DNA from: Chiloscyllium plagiosum
Taxonomy: Eukaryota
Assembly (NCBI RefSeq): GCF_004010195.1
Contig: NC_057728.1
Location: forward strand, 52,344,401 to 52,408,400
Length of the DNA: 64,000 nucleotides
Direction of reading: 5' to 3'
Shown here: positions 49,845 through 62,884 of the stretch, in pieces
Numbering within the stretch: position 1 is the stretch's first letter
How the letters are laid out: every line of letters begins with the position of its first letter
The notes under the pieces: generated by a model
What the model was told of the DNA's origin: nothing
The model's input: the letters and a program-made list of their open reading frames with translations, nothing else
Database searches by the model: none
Position numbers and translations under genes: made by a program

Positions 49845-50963
49845 CCCCACTCGAAGGGGACACACTGATGTCTTTTGACCAGTTGGCTCGGAAATATTAA
49901 GTCGACCAGTAGGGACCTCTTCAATTTTTCTCATATTATAATATTTCATTCAAAAAGAGACCACACTTCTAACTGATTCCTATAGATCTGACACGGAGAA
50001 GATGGTGCTGAGTACTGAGAACACACTTTCTGTCAGCAATCTCTATGATCTCTTGGGAGAGGGCCCCTCGGATGAGTCTGTGCAGCTCTGTAAGTTATGG
50101 GAGAGGGAGCTTGACGTTGAGGTCTCCTCAGAAACGTGGGAGGATATCTGGGAAAATGCAAGAAGGATCTCGATCTGCAATAGGACCAATTGAAGATTCT
50201 CCACAGGGTCCACTTAGTTCCAGATCGCTTCTCAAAATTTTATGTGGGAGTATCTCCAATATTCCCCAAATGCAAGATGAGTGTGGGTACATTCAGTCAT
50301 AGCCTGTGGCAGGACCAGAGACAATGGGCATACTGGAGAGTTGTGGTAGGTGAAATAGAGAAGATCTTGGAGACAGAGTTGAAGGTGGACCTGGTATCTT
50401 TTCTTCTTGACCTAGTTAATCTACTTCCATTAGACGCATACAAAAAAAAGCTTTTCAATATCCTCACTTCTTGTGCAAGAAAGAACATTCTGTTAGTGTG
50501 CATGTCTGAAAACCCCCCCAGGCTGTCGATCTGGCATAAGCTTGTCATGGAACACGTCCCTTTGGACTCTCTTATGAGTATGGTGTACGATAAATTAAGA
50601 ATGTTTACAAGACGTGGCGGCCCTTTTTGGACTATTGGGTACAGATATGTCTGCCATACTAATAAGGATGTTTATGTAGCCATGACAATTCTGTTTAATG
50701 AATTGGGTATCCAGAGAGGAAGAATTACAAACACATGAATACTTACAAGTTTATGCTCTCGATGGTCGAGGGCTATTACTCTGTTTTGCTGAGCTGTATC
50801 ATTATTTTTATTATTAATGTCATGATTTATTGGTGAGTTGTTAGTAATTATTTATTTATCTAATTAGTGGGTTTCTTTGTATTGTTTTGAATTATTTGGG
50901 TTTGTATTTGTTGTAATATCCAAAATAACTTTTTTTTCTCCATAAATAAATATATATATAAAA
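49845..50963 (+). mobile_element. LINE-1 ORF2 3' fragment
   Basis: WERELDVEVSSETWEDIW, KILHRVHLVP, PKCKMSVGTFSHSLW (C-terminal Cys/His domain); T-rich 3' UTR with AATAAA/A-rich end. Confidence 0.85.
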
Positions 50964-51754
50964 GCCTTCTGCAACATTGAGTCCACAGGAAATATGATTT
51001 ATTGCATGGCAGCTTCTTGGTCCTGATAGATTGTCCAAATATATCTTTGTTAGCCATTGTGGCAACATCTCTAAAGCAGGGACAATCTTTAGAATAGAGA
51101 AGACATATGTAATGGAATTAAGAAGATATTAATTAATATACTGCAAATGTTTATTATTTGGCACTTATGGAACCGGGAGTGTCAAATATTCCAGAAAATC
51201 AAGAGGTCTACATAGTCAATATAAAAACACACACCAAGTAATAGAAACATAATGCAGGGGATATACACATCACTGTTGTCCTATATTTACAGCATAAATC
51301 ACTTAAATAATAATGCAACTTTGCTTTAAATAAAATTATCAGCAGAGAGCCTTCTTACTTGTATCCTCAACTGATTACTCGGCCATCACTGTATTTGAGG
51401 AGAAATTGACCAAAATTGAATCAACTATTGACATTTTGTGTGACCATTTGATTGAATGAGCATATTTACACTGAGATAAACAAATTTTAAAAACTGTAAT
51501 AATTGCACAGAACAATACAGTTAACTTGGCAATATTTGAGGTATATCATTTTTGCTGAATCGCAGAGAGTGCTGGTTCATAGGTTAAAACAAAGTTTGTT
51601 GTATTACAGAAGTGTTTTTCATATTAAGTATATCTTATATGTGTTCTGCTAACACCTAAGTTAGATGTAGAAAGATGGACAGCGTATTAATGTTCATGAT
51701 CATACAATTATCGCAAAATTTTAAATCTTTTTGACATTAATTCTAATATTTCAG

Positions 51755-51886
51755 ACAAAGACTGAGACTGACAATAAACAGAGCATAATCGATGAACTGC
51801 AGAAAAAGGTTAGAAGATTGGAATGTGAACTCAATCAGAAGGTGGCACCTGAGCAAATGGAGAGAAAGGTTTTGAAAGAAGAGAGG
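51755..51886 (+). CDS. CEP290: CEP290 exon 41 equivalent
   Basis: 132 bp, TKTETDNKQSIIDELQKKVRRLECELNQKVAPEQMERKVLKEER, ag/gt. Confidence 0.93.
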
Positions 51887-52244
51887 GTAAGTTTTCAAAG
51901 CCTGAGACTGATGTCACAGCTTCTCGTTTAACCAAATATTAAGCTCATAAACAAACAAAATACTTGAGATCCAAATACTTTGGACTGGATTGAATAGAAT
52001 TTTTGGCCTGACAATTTCTTTTGATATAAATTAAACTCAGACTTGCTCCTTAATAATATTGTGTAAACCTACTCCTGTTTCCCTTTCCATAAATATTTGA
52101 TAAATGCCTTTTGTTTCTTGCTGAAACACAGAATAATGTGACAGAAACCAGTTTCTAAATAGTCCTGCAGACCGTACTTTCAAAGAACCATTTTGACAAT
52201 GAAAAATAAAAATCCAAATACACTCTTGTGATTTAACATAGTCT

Positions 52245-52720
52245 ATCAGTCAGCATTCTGTTTGTAGCTCTCTTGCCTTGTTGTGAGAAGGCTATGGGTT
52301 TAAGTCCCACCCCAAGACTTGAGCACAACATTCTCGGCTGACAGTCCGCTATAGTCCCGAGAAAGTCCTGCATTGTCAGAGGTCATATTTCAGATGAAAC
52401 ATTTTAATGAAGACGTCATTTGCTCCTCAAATGAGATATTAAATCAATGCCCCAATTTCCCTCTTGGGTGGATGTGAAAGATCCCATGAAGTATTAAGTG
52501 TCATCCATAGGTGTCCTGACCAATATTTATCCCTTGATCAGCATCACATTATCTGTCCGTTTTCATATTCCTATTTTTGTGAGTTAGCCATGCACATATT
52601 AGCAAGTACGTTTCCTACACTACAGCAATGACTACAGTCAAAACCAACTTCTTTAGCTACAGAGCATTTTGAGATATCTGGTTATTGTGAAAGGCACTAT
52701 ATAAATGCAGGTCTTTCTCT
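52245..52720 (+). mobile_element. Deu-domain SINE (SacSINE1/AmnSINE1-like)
   Basis: GGTTTAAGTCCCAC B-box-like; GGATGTGAAAGATCCCATG and GTGTCCTGACCAATATTTATCCCT core; GAAAGGCACTATATAAATGCA tail. Confidence 0.72.
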
Positions 52721-54539
52721 TTATTTCATTAGCAGAACTATACACAGTAACGAAGGAAGTTCTTTTGATAGTAAATGAAGGATCATGTTGCAAACCCTTC
52801 TGTTGCAAACTTTGTCAACAAATTATCTTACTGTACCTTTATCAAATATATTACTTCTGAATTCTCAATATTAAATAAGTGTACTTTATTTTGAGCAAGG
52901 TGGATATGTGAAGACTAGGTTCAAACTGTTTTCTCAATTGATTAGAGCTTGATTGACTAATGTAGGCACCAGTAGCCTTTAGGCATGTTGCCATGGCAGC
53001 TCTACACTAGAGTCTCTTGACACACAATCAACAAAAATTAAAGCACTACTGCTGGAGTTCTTTTTGACGACGATAGGTAGCTGTTTAGAACAGAATTTAA
53101 TTAACCAAGTTTGCAATTGAGGCTGCATAAAAAGGTGCTGTGTTTTGTTTTCTCTTTTGATAAGGACCAGGTATTGTAATGTAACTTTTTTGATCGTTAT
53201 TTGTACCCACTGGCGGCTATACTGGATTTGCACTGAGGTAGCTCTTAAGTGGTCAGTCAGCTTTAGGTTTCAAGAGCAGCAAACAAAATTGCTGGAAATG
53301 TAACAGCAAGTTCGCTACTCCTCCTCCCACAACTCTGCCCAAACAATATTATATGACCAGTATACAGTATGTCTAAACCCTAATAAATTATGGTGAGGAA
53401 GAAATATGTTGTGGGTTTCAGTTCACCAGAAATTGTTGGACAATTGTTGCCGCTCCACCATTAATTTTGAATAAAACCCATTATCACCTTGCCATAGGTT
53501 TCCTCATTGTGTGTCCTGAAATTGCTGGATCTGCACCACAAAGACAGATACATTTCAACACAAATGTTTAAAGCTGATAATTTATGTCTGGAAGATAGTG
53601 TTAATGATGTAATTTTTCTTTCCCACATATCATTAAACTTGAATGTTCCAAATGCAAGCATCCAAAACAATGGAGCCTCACTCACCAAGTTAGCAGATTG
53701 TTCCCAGAAGTTTCTTAAATTGAAATTTTCTTTTACTGTCTCTTTCTCTCTCTTTTATTTAATTCTGCCTTTTTTCTTCTTTATTTCTTTCTCGCTGTCT
53801 TCATGTGACTCCAATTCACTCAAATTCCTTCTGTCATTCTTCCCTATCCCTAAGTTTAATTGCTTAAGAAGGTCGATGATGGGTCCTGACATTTAGGAGA
53901 TGCCTTGTTCCCTGCTATTCAATTCTCAATTGTAGCATTAACATTACACAATAAGCATACTCTTCATTTCTGTTTTTCATGCTAGTGTATAAATTGACAT
54001 TTATCCATATTGTACTGCATCTGCATTGTGTTTGCCCACTCAGTCAACTTTCCAAATCATCTTGAAACCTCCTTGCAAACTCCTCACAACTGACAGCTTA
54101 GTTTTCTATCGTCAACAAATTTGGTAATGTTGCATTTTGCTTCCCTTATCCAGGTTATTTATATAATGCTGTGGCCAAAGCACTGATCTGGCACCCCACT
54201 AGTCACTGCCTGCCATTCAGAAAACAAAACATTTATTACCAGTTTCCTTTTTGTCAACGAATTCTCAATCCATAACAATATATTACCCCATATTCCATGT
54301 ACTTCTAACATACTCCTTATGAGGGATCTTACCAAAAGCCTTTTGAAAGTCCAAATACACCACATCCACTGTTTTGTCCTCATCTATTCTACGAGTTACA
54401 TCTTTAAAAAACTCCAGTAGATTTGTTAGTCTTCTCTCTTCTACAAAGAGCCTCTGTTTTTACCTTTCTTAAAATAAATCAATCATAACTGAAGTAAACC
54501 GTATTTTACATGAAACCCTTATTCTCTTTTATACTGCAG

Positions 54540-54685
54540 ACTTCAAAAGAGGAAATAGTGAGGTGGGAAGAAGGCAAAAAGTGGCAGGCCAGATTGGAAG
54601 GATTGAAACATAAGCTGAAAGAAAAGGAGAAGGAGCTGGAAACTATGACCAAGCAGATCACCACTTTAAAGGAATTATATGCAAA
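54540..54685 (+). CDS. CEP290: CEP290 exon 42 equivalent
   Basis: 146 bp, TSKEEIVRWEEGKKWQARLEGLKHKLKEKEKELETMTKQITTLKELYA(K). Confidence 0.96.
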
Positions 54686-54917
54686 GTAAGTCTTTAGTTT
54701 TGTGTGTTATTTTTCATCCTAATATACACCAGTAACTACTCTTTTTGCTTGCATTATGGAATTAGCTGGCAGGTTTGTCTTAAAACAGACAATGTATCAA
54801 ATAGTTTCTGCCAGTAAATTTAACTACCGAAGCATTAAATGTATTTGGTATGGGCTATAAAGTGCTTTGTCATTTCCAAGCAAAGATAATTGCCAGAAGA
54901 ATATTATTATACACCAA

Positions 54918-55046
54918 ATTCCTGAAGAAGGACTCATGCCCGAAACGTCGATTCTCCTGCTCCTTGGATGCTGCCTGACCTGCTGCGCTTTTCCAGCAAC
55001 ACATTTTCAGCTCTGATCTCCAGCATCTGCAGTCCTCACTTTCACC
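54918..55046 (+). ncRNA. Short element with minimal hammerhead core, 11-bp TSD
   Basis: CTGAAGA-AGGAC(TCAT)GCCC-GAAAC-GTC; TSD TTATACACCAA at 54907-54917 and 55047-55057. Confidence 0.68.
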
Positions 55047-56749
55047 TTATACACCAAGTTGTCAAGATTTTAAAAAGTCAGGTGTACTTTGCTTAATGTT
55101 GTCTTCTCTCTTTTTCACAGTGGCTGTCTCAATTGATATGCTCTCCTACCTGTTAGTATCTCATCTTTTTTGAAATGATCAGTCAATTTTATGGACAGCT
55201 AGTCTGTTTTGCCAGTTTAAAAAAAATCAGTTGTGTTTGGTGGTATTATCCGCAATTAGAGAGTGAATTATTTCAGATGCTGATTCCATCCAGTGTGACC
55301 TCTCTGCTTCCACCACCAGTCCAAGTACTAAATGACTTAGAATTTCTTCCAGTTCTCAGCTGCTGAAACTACAGTCCACGCTTTCATCATATCCAGGATT
55401 GTTTTGTTGAACGTTCTCTTCACAGGTTTCCTCCTTTGCATCTTTTAGAGAGCTCAGTCAATCTCATACTCTGCAGAATACTGTTTTGCAATCTTCCAGC
55501 ACTCCACCATCCCACCAGTTAATGAGTTCCAATAACTGCTTGCTCCTCTATCTTCCTTTCAAGACTCTTGTCCTCATTTACAATTACTTCCACAGTCTAA
55601 TCTCTGCTAACCTGAATAACCGTCTCCACCCTTATATCTCAGCATTCACCACCTGCTCTGACTCTGCTTTAATATCTGATCTCCAACTCTCCACTATTAT
55701 ATCAGTGGTTAATTTTTTGGTCACTATGTATTTACTCCCTGTGACTTCCACTCACAACATTGACTTCTAAAAGCCTCTTTAAACCCATATCTTTAATGTT
55801 TTTGTCCTTTTCCATTCATTACCCATCTATAATTGATGTCCTCTTTTTGTCGTTTTCAAGCACTTTGAGTTATTCTCCTACATGAACATTGCAATAAACA
55901 TAAAGAATTTTGGCATTTTAATGTGGTTTGTGCTGCTTACTCTTTTTGTTTTGTATTTAATCTCCTACTTTGGTATATCTCTTAAATCTGCTATATGCTT
56001 GAATATCCTTAAAGCCTCATGTCTATCTCCTTAAAATTTATTTAGCACTACAGCCATAATGAATCTATTTTCCTAGTGTAAGTGAGGTCTCTTTGCAGCA
56101 TCAAAATGGATTCATCAGTTATATGTTAGATTTACAGTAAAATATGTGTGAATCAATCCCATGTTAATAGTATTAGATGCCGATTTAATTCTGATTTAAC
56201 TGATTTGAACCTAATCTTAACTCTTAAATAATAATTTACATCTGGTCAACTTATCCCTTTGGAATGAAGGGACTTGCTTTATGTATGATTGTCTCTAGAT
56301 TTTCTTGCAGAAGCATTTCAGTGAAAGAGAAATGTACATTGATGATTAGTTAAGGGTAGACACATTTGTTAAAGTTAATTTTCTTAGCTTAAATTTTTAA
56401 TTGCAATTCAATTTTTATAGCCTTTAAGTTCATAGTTCCAAAGTTTCCTATACATTTCTAATATTGTTTTATTAAAATGTAGAGTTAAAAAAAAACAAGT
56501 GGCACCATCTAACACAAGCATCATTAAATGTTTAAATTTTTAAAAATACCTAAGAGAAGTAATCATTTAAATTTCCTATAGCATTATCTCCAGTCAATAG
56601 AAAATGTATATATGTGTAAATAAATGGTGATAATAGGAAACTTTCAGTAATGTACTCTACAGAGCTATCTACTGCTCATGACACACCCTGTTTACATTTT
56701 AAAAACTGAATAGGAAATCATAGAATCCAACATAGAATTTCAGAGTATC

Positions 56750-57098
56750 ATAGAGTCCCTAAAGTGTGGAAACAGGCCATTTGGCCCAACAAGTCCACTC
56801 TGACCCTCTGAAGAGCAACCCACCCAGACCCATTCCCCTACCCAATTACTCTACATTTCCCCTTACTAAAGCACCTAACCTACACATCCTTGAACACTAT
56901 GGGCAATTTAGCATGGCCAATTCACCTAATTTGCACATTTTTGGATTGTTCGAGGAAACCGGAGCACCTGGAGGAAACCCACGCAGACACAGGGAGAATG
57001 TGCAAACTCCACACAGTCAGTCACCCGAGGCTGGAATCCAACCCGGGTCCCTGGCACTATGAGGCAGCAACGCTAACCACTGAGCCACTGTGCCGCCC
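56750..57098 (-). mobile_element. HE1-like V-SINE
   Basis: Homologous to 12918-13230. Confidence 0.88.
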
Positions 57099-57329
57099 AC
57101 AGAGTCCTTCATGGTAACATTAGCCTGTGTGGAAATGACCCCACACTGTCGTGCGTCATACTGCTTTGTAAACCGACCATCCAGTCAACTAAGTCAAACT
57201 AACCCACTAATGTTAATAGTCAAGTATGTTTGAAAATTCTGACAATAGGAAATTAGTGTTGGAGGCAGATAGTGTCCCCATACATGGTCTTCATTAACAT
57301 GAGGATGTTAAATGTGTATTCCTTGGCAG

Positions 57330-57485
57330 GGCTGATCAGGAAAAGGCAATTTTACAGAAGAAACTGAAAGCTCGTGGAATTACAGCTGACCAGGTAATAG
57401 GTGTCAGATCCATGGAATGCGATCGAGAGATTGAAGATTTAAGGAGAAAGAATACAGAGTTTCAAGATCAGATTGTGAGAATGAG
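57330..57485 (+). CDS. CEP290: CEP290 exon 43 equivalent
   Basis: 156 bp, ADQEKAILQKKLKARGITADQVIGVRSMECDREIEDLRRKNTEFQDQIVRM(R). Confidence 0.95.
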
Positions 57486-57643
57486 GTGGGTAATGAGATA
57501 GATTGCTTTAAAATTATTGTTGCAAATATTCAGTTTACAGTGCCTGCATTTTAATGAAATGTTTTGGTTTGGGAATTAAAGTTTAAGAGTAGGAAATAGG
57601 ATAAATGCAATTGAAGCAAATGGAAATGTGTTACACTTAAAGG

Positions 57644-58273
57644 AGCCAGTGTTGGAATGGGGTGTACAAAGTTAAAAATCTCACAACACCTGGTTATAGT
57701 CCTACAGGATTATTTGCAAACACTAGCTTTTGGAGCGCTGCTCCTTCATCTGGTAGTTGCAGAGCATAAGGTCATAAGACACAGAATTTATAGCAAAAGA
57801 TTGCAATGACCTGCAACTGAAATGATATATCGAACAAACCTGGATTGTTGTTAAGTTTTTCATCTTTTAGAATGGGTTGCAGCTTTCGGTTCATTAATAT
57901 GTAAATCCCAGAACTTCTTTTAAGTCACCTTCTCGACATAACTTAATATTTTATAACTGAGCTGAGCTGCGATGTCATCTTTTGTTATAAAACCTTAAGT
58001 TATCTTGAGAAGGTTACTTAAAAGAAATTCGAGGATTTAAGTATTAATGAACTGAAACCTGCATCCATTCTAAAAGATGAAAAACTCAACAACAATCCAG
58101 GTTTGTTCGATATATCATTTCAGTTGCATGACACTGTAATCTTTTGCTTTAAATTCTATGTCTTATGATCTTATGCTCCACAGCCACCTGATGAAGGAGC
58201 AGGACTTCAAAAGCTAGTGTTTCCAAATAAACCTGTTGGACTATAACCTGGTGTTGTGTGATTTTTAACTTGG
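57644..58273. mobile_element. ~620-bp fold-back Penelope-related element, 12-bp TSD
   Basis: Arms 57662-57957 and 57984-58278 are reverse complements; TSD TACACTTAAAGG at 57632-57643 and 58274-58285; a degenerate hammerhead motif in each arm. Confidence 0.85.
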
Positions 58274-60468
58274 TACACTTAAAGGTTTGAGATCATGCTT
58301 CTTTAAGGGGTTGGCAGCTATAAAAATCTTTGAGCTGGCTACTGAGCTGGAGGAGTGGTAACTACAAAGTAGTTACAATCCAGATCGAGTTGGAGCTAAA
58401 TTAGTTTAAAAGCCTCCAGTTGACCCTGAAGGTTAGACTCACGACACCACAGAGCAGGCTTTATCATTATGAAGATGAGTAGTGCTTAAGAAGGTATTCT
58501 TATTTCAATGTATTGGAGTGTTTGTCAGGAGAAACATTAATTGCAGACTTGAGATAGGAGAAAACATCAGTAGAAGAAGTGTGTCCAGGCTGCACAAACA
58601 CTCCTGGTAGCAGACTCCAGGCAGTTAGGGTTCAGGATGAATCCCAAGGAGTGGACCCAATCTCATTATGTTCATATTCTACTCCTGGAAATAAGGACAT
58701 GAAACATTCTTTTATTCCTTCATGGAATGTGAGCATTGACGGCAAGGCCAGGATTTCTTGCTCATTCCTAATTGCCCTTGATAAAGTGGTGCTAAGCTGC
58801 CTCCTTAAACTGCTCCAGTCCATGTGGGCTAGATACAAGCAGAGTACTATTAAGGAAAGAGTGCTAAGCTTTTGACCCAGTGACAGTGAAGGAACGGTGG
58901 TAGTGTTCCAAGTCAGAATGGTGTGCTGGAGGATTTTGGAGAACTTTTGAGGTGGTTATGTTCACATGTATCTATTCCTATTGATTTCTCTGTGGTAGAG
59001 ATCATGGTTTTAGAAGGTGCTATCACAGGAGCCTAGGGGAGTTGCTGCAGTGCACCTTGGAGATGGCACATTGTGTTGCCACTGCAGAGGAGGGAGCGAA
59101 TAATTGAGGCGGTGGATGGGATACCAGTCAAGAGGGCCGCTTTGTTCTGAATGATGTTGAACTTCCTGGTTGTTGTTGGAGTTGCATTCATCCAGGCAAG
59201 TTAGGAAGTATTCTGTCACACTCCTGACTTATGTCTTGTACATGGACAGGTTTTGGCGAATCAGCTGCTGAGTTACTTGCTGCAGAAGTCCTAGCCTCTT
59301 AGCAGCTCTTGTAGCTACAGTAAATTAGGTGTTTAGTCATTTGATGCCAATGATTGAGGATTCAACACTGATAATTGCATTGAAAATCACCTTATGGTTA
59401 GATTCTCTCTTGTTTGGAGTGGTTACTTATGGGCAGGTGTGTGGCATGACTGTTACTTTCCAAGTTTGAATATGTCCTGTTCTTTTAAGAGCAATACTAT
59501 CTTTCAATGAAAGAAAATGTCAGGCTGGATTAAATACAAACTGTTGCAGAGGGAAACACAGTGACCATGCTCACTTCAGTGTGGGAGAGGTCTCTTTTTC
59601 ATTTCCTAGTGCTGGGCATATTTCCCCTGATTTAATTCTGAGGGTGAAAAGGACTAGCATGAATTTGTGAAACTGGCAGAACTGTTCTGGAAGAAGGGTC
59701 ACTGGACCCAAAACGTTAACACTGCTTTCTGTTTACAGATGCTGACAGACGGCTGTTGTCTTTCCAGTAATTTCTGGATTTGCTTCTGATTTCCAGCATT
59801 CTACTCTGGTGGAATTGGTGGACACAGCCATCTGATTGTGTGTTAAGCTTATTAATGAGCCAGTTAACACCCAATATCGATTAGCCTGCCACTACTTAGC
59901 AGTAGCTCAGGGATTAAATTGTGTGGCTTTCCCTTGCTCTAGGAATTCCAGCCTGCAAACCCTGTCAGGTTTATCAATCATCTAATGGGGTGGAGTGCCT
60001 CAAGGTTTGCATTCTGTGCTTGTTCAAAGGGCTTGGCACTGGATTGGGGATGGGGGCAATGAAACCATTCCTCTGCTATTGTGTCTGACCTGTTCCCCAA
60101 CTGTAATCCAGACCCGCCCTTTGTCCTGGGGTTCTGTGCCTCTGGTTAATGCCGATTGCCACCCCTCCCTTTAGCCATGGTGTCTCTAATCCACAGTCAG
60201 CAGCTCTTTGCTCATACTGTATACCTCTATCGCAAGGGAGACCCAACATTGGCCACTTAATTGTCTGAAAGGTACCTCACTCTGCGTGTCTCGGCCATCA
60301 AACTGACAAGGAGGGCTCCCTACCTATGCGGTGAAGGATGCATGAGATAGACTGTCAGCCTTACAGAACCCTGGCCTTAGCTGTAGTTTAAATGTCTTTC
60401 ATTCCATCTTAATCAAGATCCATTTGATGCACATAATAACCAAAAATTGTTTGTTCTTTTTATCCCAG

Positions 60469-60592
60469 GCAACAGCAAGCTTTACCACGGGATTCAGTGG
60501 TGGAAGATTTAACTTTGAAAAATCAATATCTGCATGAAAAAGTCCAAGCTTTAGAAAAGCAGCTGTCAAAGAATGTACTTTCCAGACCATCA
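60469..60592 (+). CDS. CEP290: CEP290 exon 44 equivalent
   Basis: 124 bp, QQQALPRDSVVEDLTLKNQYLHEKVQALEKQLSKNVLSRPS. Confidence 0.96.
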
Positions 60593-61659
60593 GTATGTAT
60601 TTGTTTTAATGCTTTAGAGATAATCTAACCAACAGAATTCAAGAGCAGAATCTTACAGACGCATTGGATGTTTTCCTATGCTGTAACGTTTTGAAAGAGT
60701 TATCCAGTTACTCCCAACAGTGCTTCCCCTGTGAGAAGAGTAGTCATTTATGTTTTGTCTTTTATTTTGGGTGGAGCGCTATTCATCCAGAAACACAAAT
60801 TGCAAGAGAAACTCAGCAGGTCTATCAACATTTGTGAAGAGAATTCAGCTTTAACGTTTCGAGTCCTGTGACCCTTCTCCAGAATTGATAGGTCGTATAA
60901 ATGCTAAAAACAGTGAGTGGCAGGAAGGGAAGGGAATAAGCAGATAAGTGGAGATAGAGCCCAAAGAGAGAGAGTTGCTATTAGACAGACAAGAGAATGG
61001 ATGATAGTCAGCCAGAGATAAAGAAAAGCTGATAATGGGGACCGTAAATAGTGAAAATGGGTGATGACAGGGTCTGCTTTCAACACCATACTTCTCCAGC
61101 AATTTCTGTTTTTGTTTCTGACTTCCAGCATCTGCAGTTATTTGTTTTATCACCCATTTTAGAATATTTGAAAGAAGGCATTATTGACTATAAACAAGTA
61201 TACTGACAGAAGACTTTGGGAGGAATGTTCTCAAAACACATTGATCCTTGTCCACTGATATCCCAAAATCTTTGACTCTGTTTTCAAAATATATCGTTTT
61301 AGTTTTTAAATTACTCATTCATTTGAATTTCCAGCACAAACCTTTTAACCTTCCACAATTGTGTCAATTAAACAATAAAATAATTGAACAAAGGACATCT
61401 TATTGGTAGCACAGAGATGGTTAACTTTAATAGTGTTTTTGTATTACTTTTGACAGTCGAAATTGCAGAGTATTGGTTAAAGGAAATGCAGCTGATATTC
61501 TGAAGTACTGTATTACTGTTGTTACATAATCTAAATGTGAAATTATACCTGTACTTTTCCATATTATCATTCACCAACTTTTTTTCTTTCTGTATGTCTT
61601 ATCTGTCTTTCATATCACCTATCTTCAACTTATTTGCAATAAACATGTTCTCAATGCAG

Positions 61660-62280
61660 ACTATGGATCCCAATGCAGACTTTGAATCTAAAGGATCTGC
61701 ATCCGTGGATATTTTTAGTGAATTCAGGACTGATGGAAGTGTAAAAATGAAAACAAAGAAGAAATATTTTAAGAAATCAACATTGGCCTTTGGAACAAGT
61801 ACTAAAATTTGCAATGAACAAGAAAATACATGTTCAAATGAAACTGGGGAAACTGCTGGCCTGGACAATGATAAACATGATAGGCATTCCAGTGATACTA
61901 AGATGCAGTCAAGATTGAGACAAGTGGATGTGTGCGCTGAAATCCAGACAGAGGAGCCTTTGGCAAAACAGACAGGTTCTAGTGCAGGTAATATAAACGG
62001 AGAACAGCCCTTGATCAAAGAAAGGGCAGAAATAAGCCAGGCAGCTGAAAAGGAAAAACCAGAGCAAGGATCTGATAACAACTTGGGAGATGATATCAGA
62101 CAGTCGGAAGTAAATGATCCTCTGTTGGATTCAGTAAGCGATGGAGAGACCATATATAGCAAGAGTGAACCAAGTATTGCGACAGGGGAAGAGGTTGAAC
62201 AGATGACGGAGGAAGATCCTGTAGAAGATCAGGGAGGAACAGAATCTGAGATGCACAGAATTCCTGAAAAAAAACTCCAG
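61660..62280 (+). CDS. CEP290: Putative additional CEP290 cassette exon (207 aa, acidic, low complexity)
   Basis: tgcag|ACTATG...CTCCAG|gttatt; 621 bp stop-free; phase 0/0 matches flanking exons 44 and 45; purine-rich composition unlike the surrounding intron; no TE motifs. Confidence 0.7.
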
Positions 62281-62550
62281 GTTATTCAACTATGAAATGT
62301 AACTGAAAGAATATGCCCTCTCCTACCTAGAGCAGTAGATGCTTTTGCTTTGGCTCAGTAGCAAAGTTTCTAAAAAGTCTGAAATATGAATAGTGTGTGT
62401 ATCCCTTCAAAGTAAACACCTGTCTTAGTTTGACCTACAGTTCCATTCATCCGTTACGTATCTCGGTTTTACTTTAGAGGGATCCTTCTACATGGTGCTG
62501 CATGTTGGGGTAGGGATGTTTCTGAAGACCTGTTCTATTGTGTACTCTAG

Positions 62551-62685
62551 ACCCCTGGAGTGGGAGCTGATGCTTCAGCTCAGAAGGAACAAGAACTTCA
62601 GAGAGAGAACCTCAGGCTGGCTGCAGAGAATGTGGAGCTGCGTTTTCAACTAGAGCAGGCTGACAAGGACTTGCCACGATTAAAG
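62551..62685 (+). CDS. CEP290: CEP290 exon 45 equivalent
   Basis: 135 bp, TPGVGADASAQKEQELQRENLRLAAENVELRFQLEQADKDLPRLK. Confidence 0.96.
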
Positions 62686-62884
62686 GTCAGACATGCGTGA
62701 GCACTCATAGTTTGAGAGGGGGAGATGATGGCGTAGCAGTAATGGAATTGCAATCCAGAGGCTCTCACTAACATTCTCAGAATGTGAGTTCAAATCACAC
62801 TACGACTGCTATAGACTTTGAAATCAATTAATTAGAGCTGGAATTGAAAGCTAGCTTCACTAATGGTGACCATGACAACTGTCA

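Noticed and set aside
53507..53896. 129-aa F/L/S-rich ORF
   Set aside because: It derives from a pyrimidine-rich tract and has no recognisable domain or exon context.
61599..62162. 187-aa minus-strand ORF
   Set aside because: Antisense shadow of the putative 621-bp CEP290 exon.
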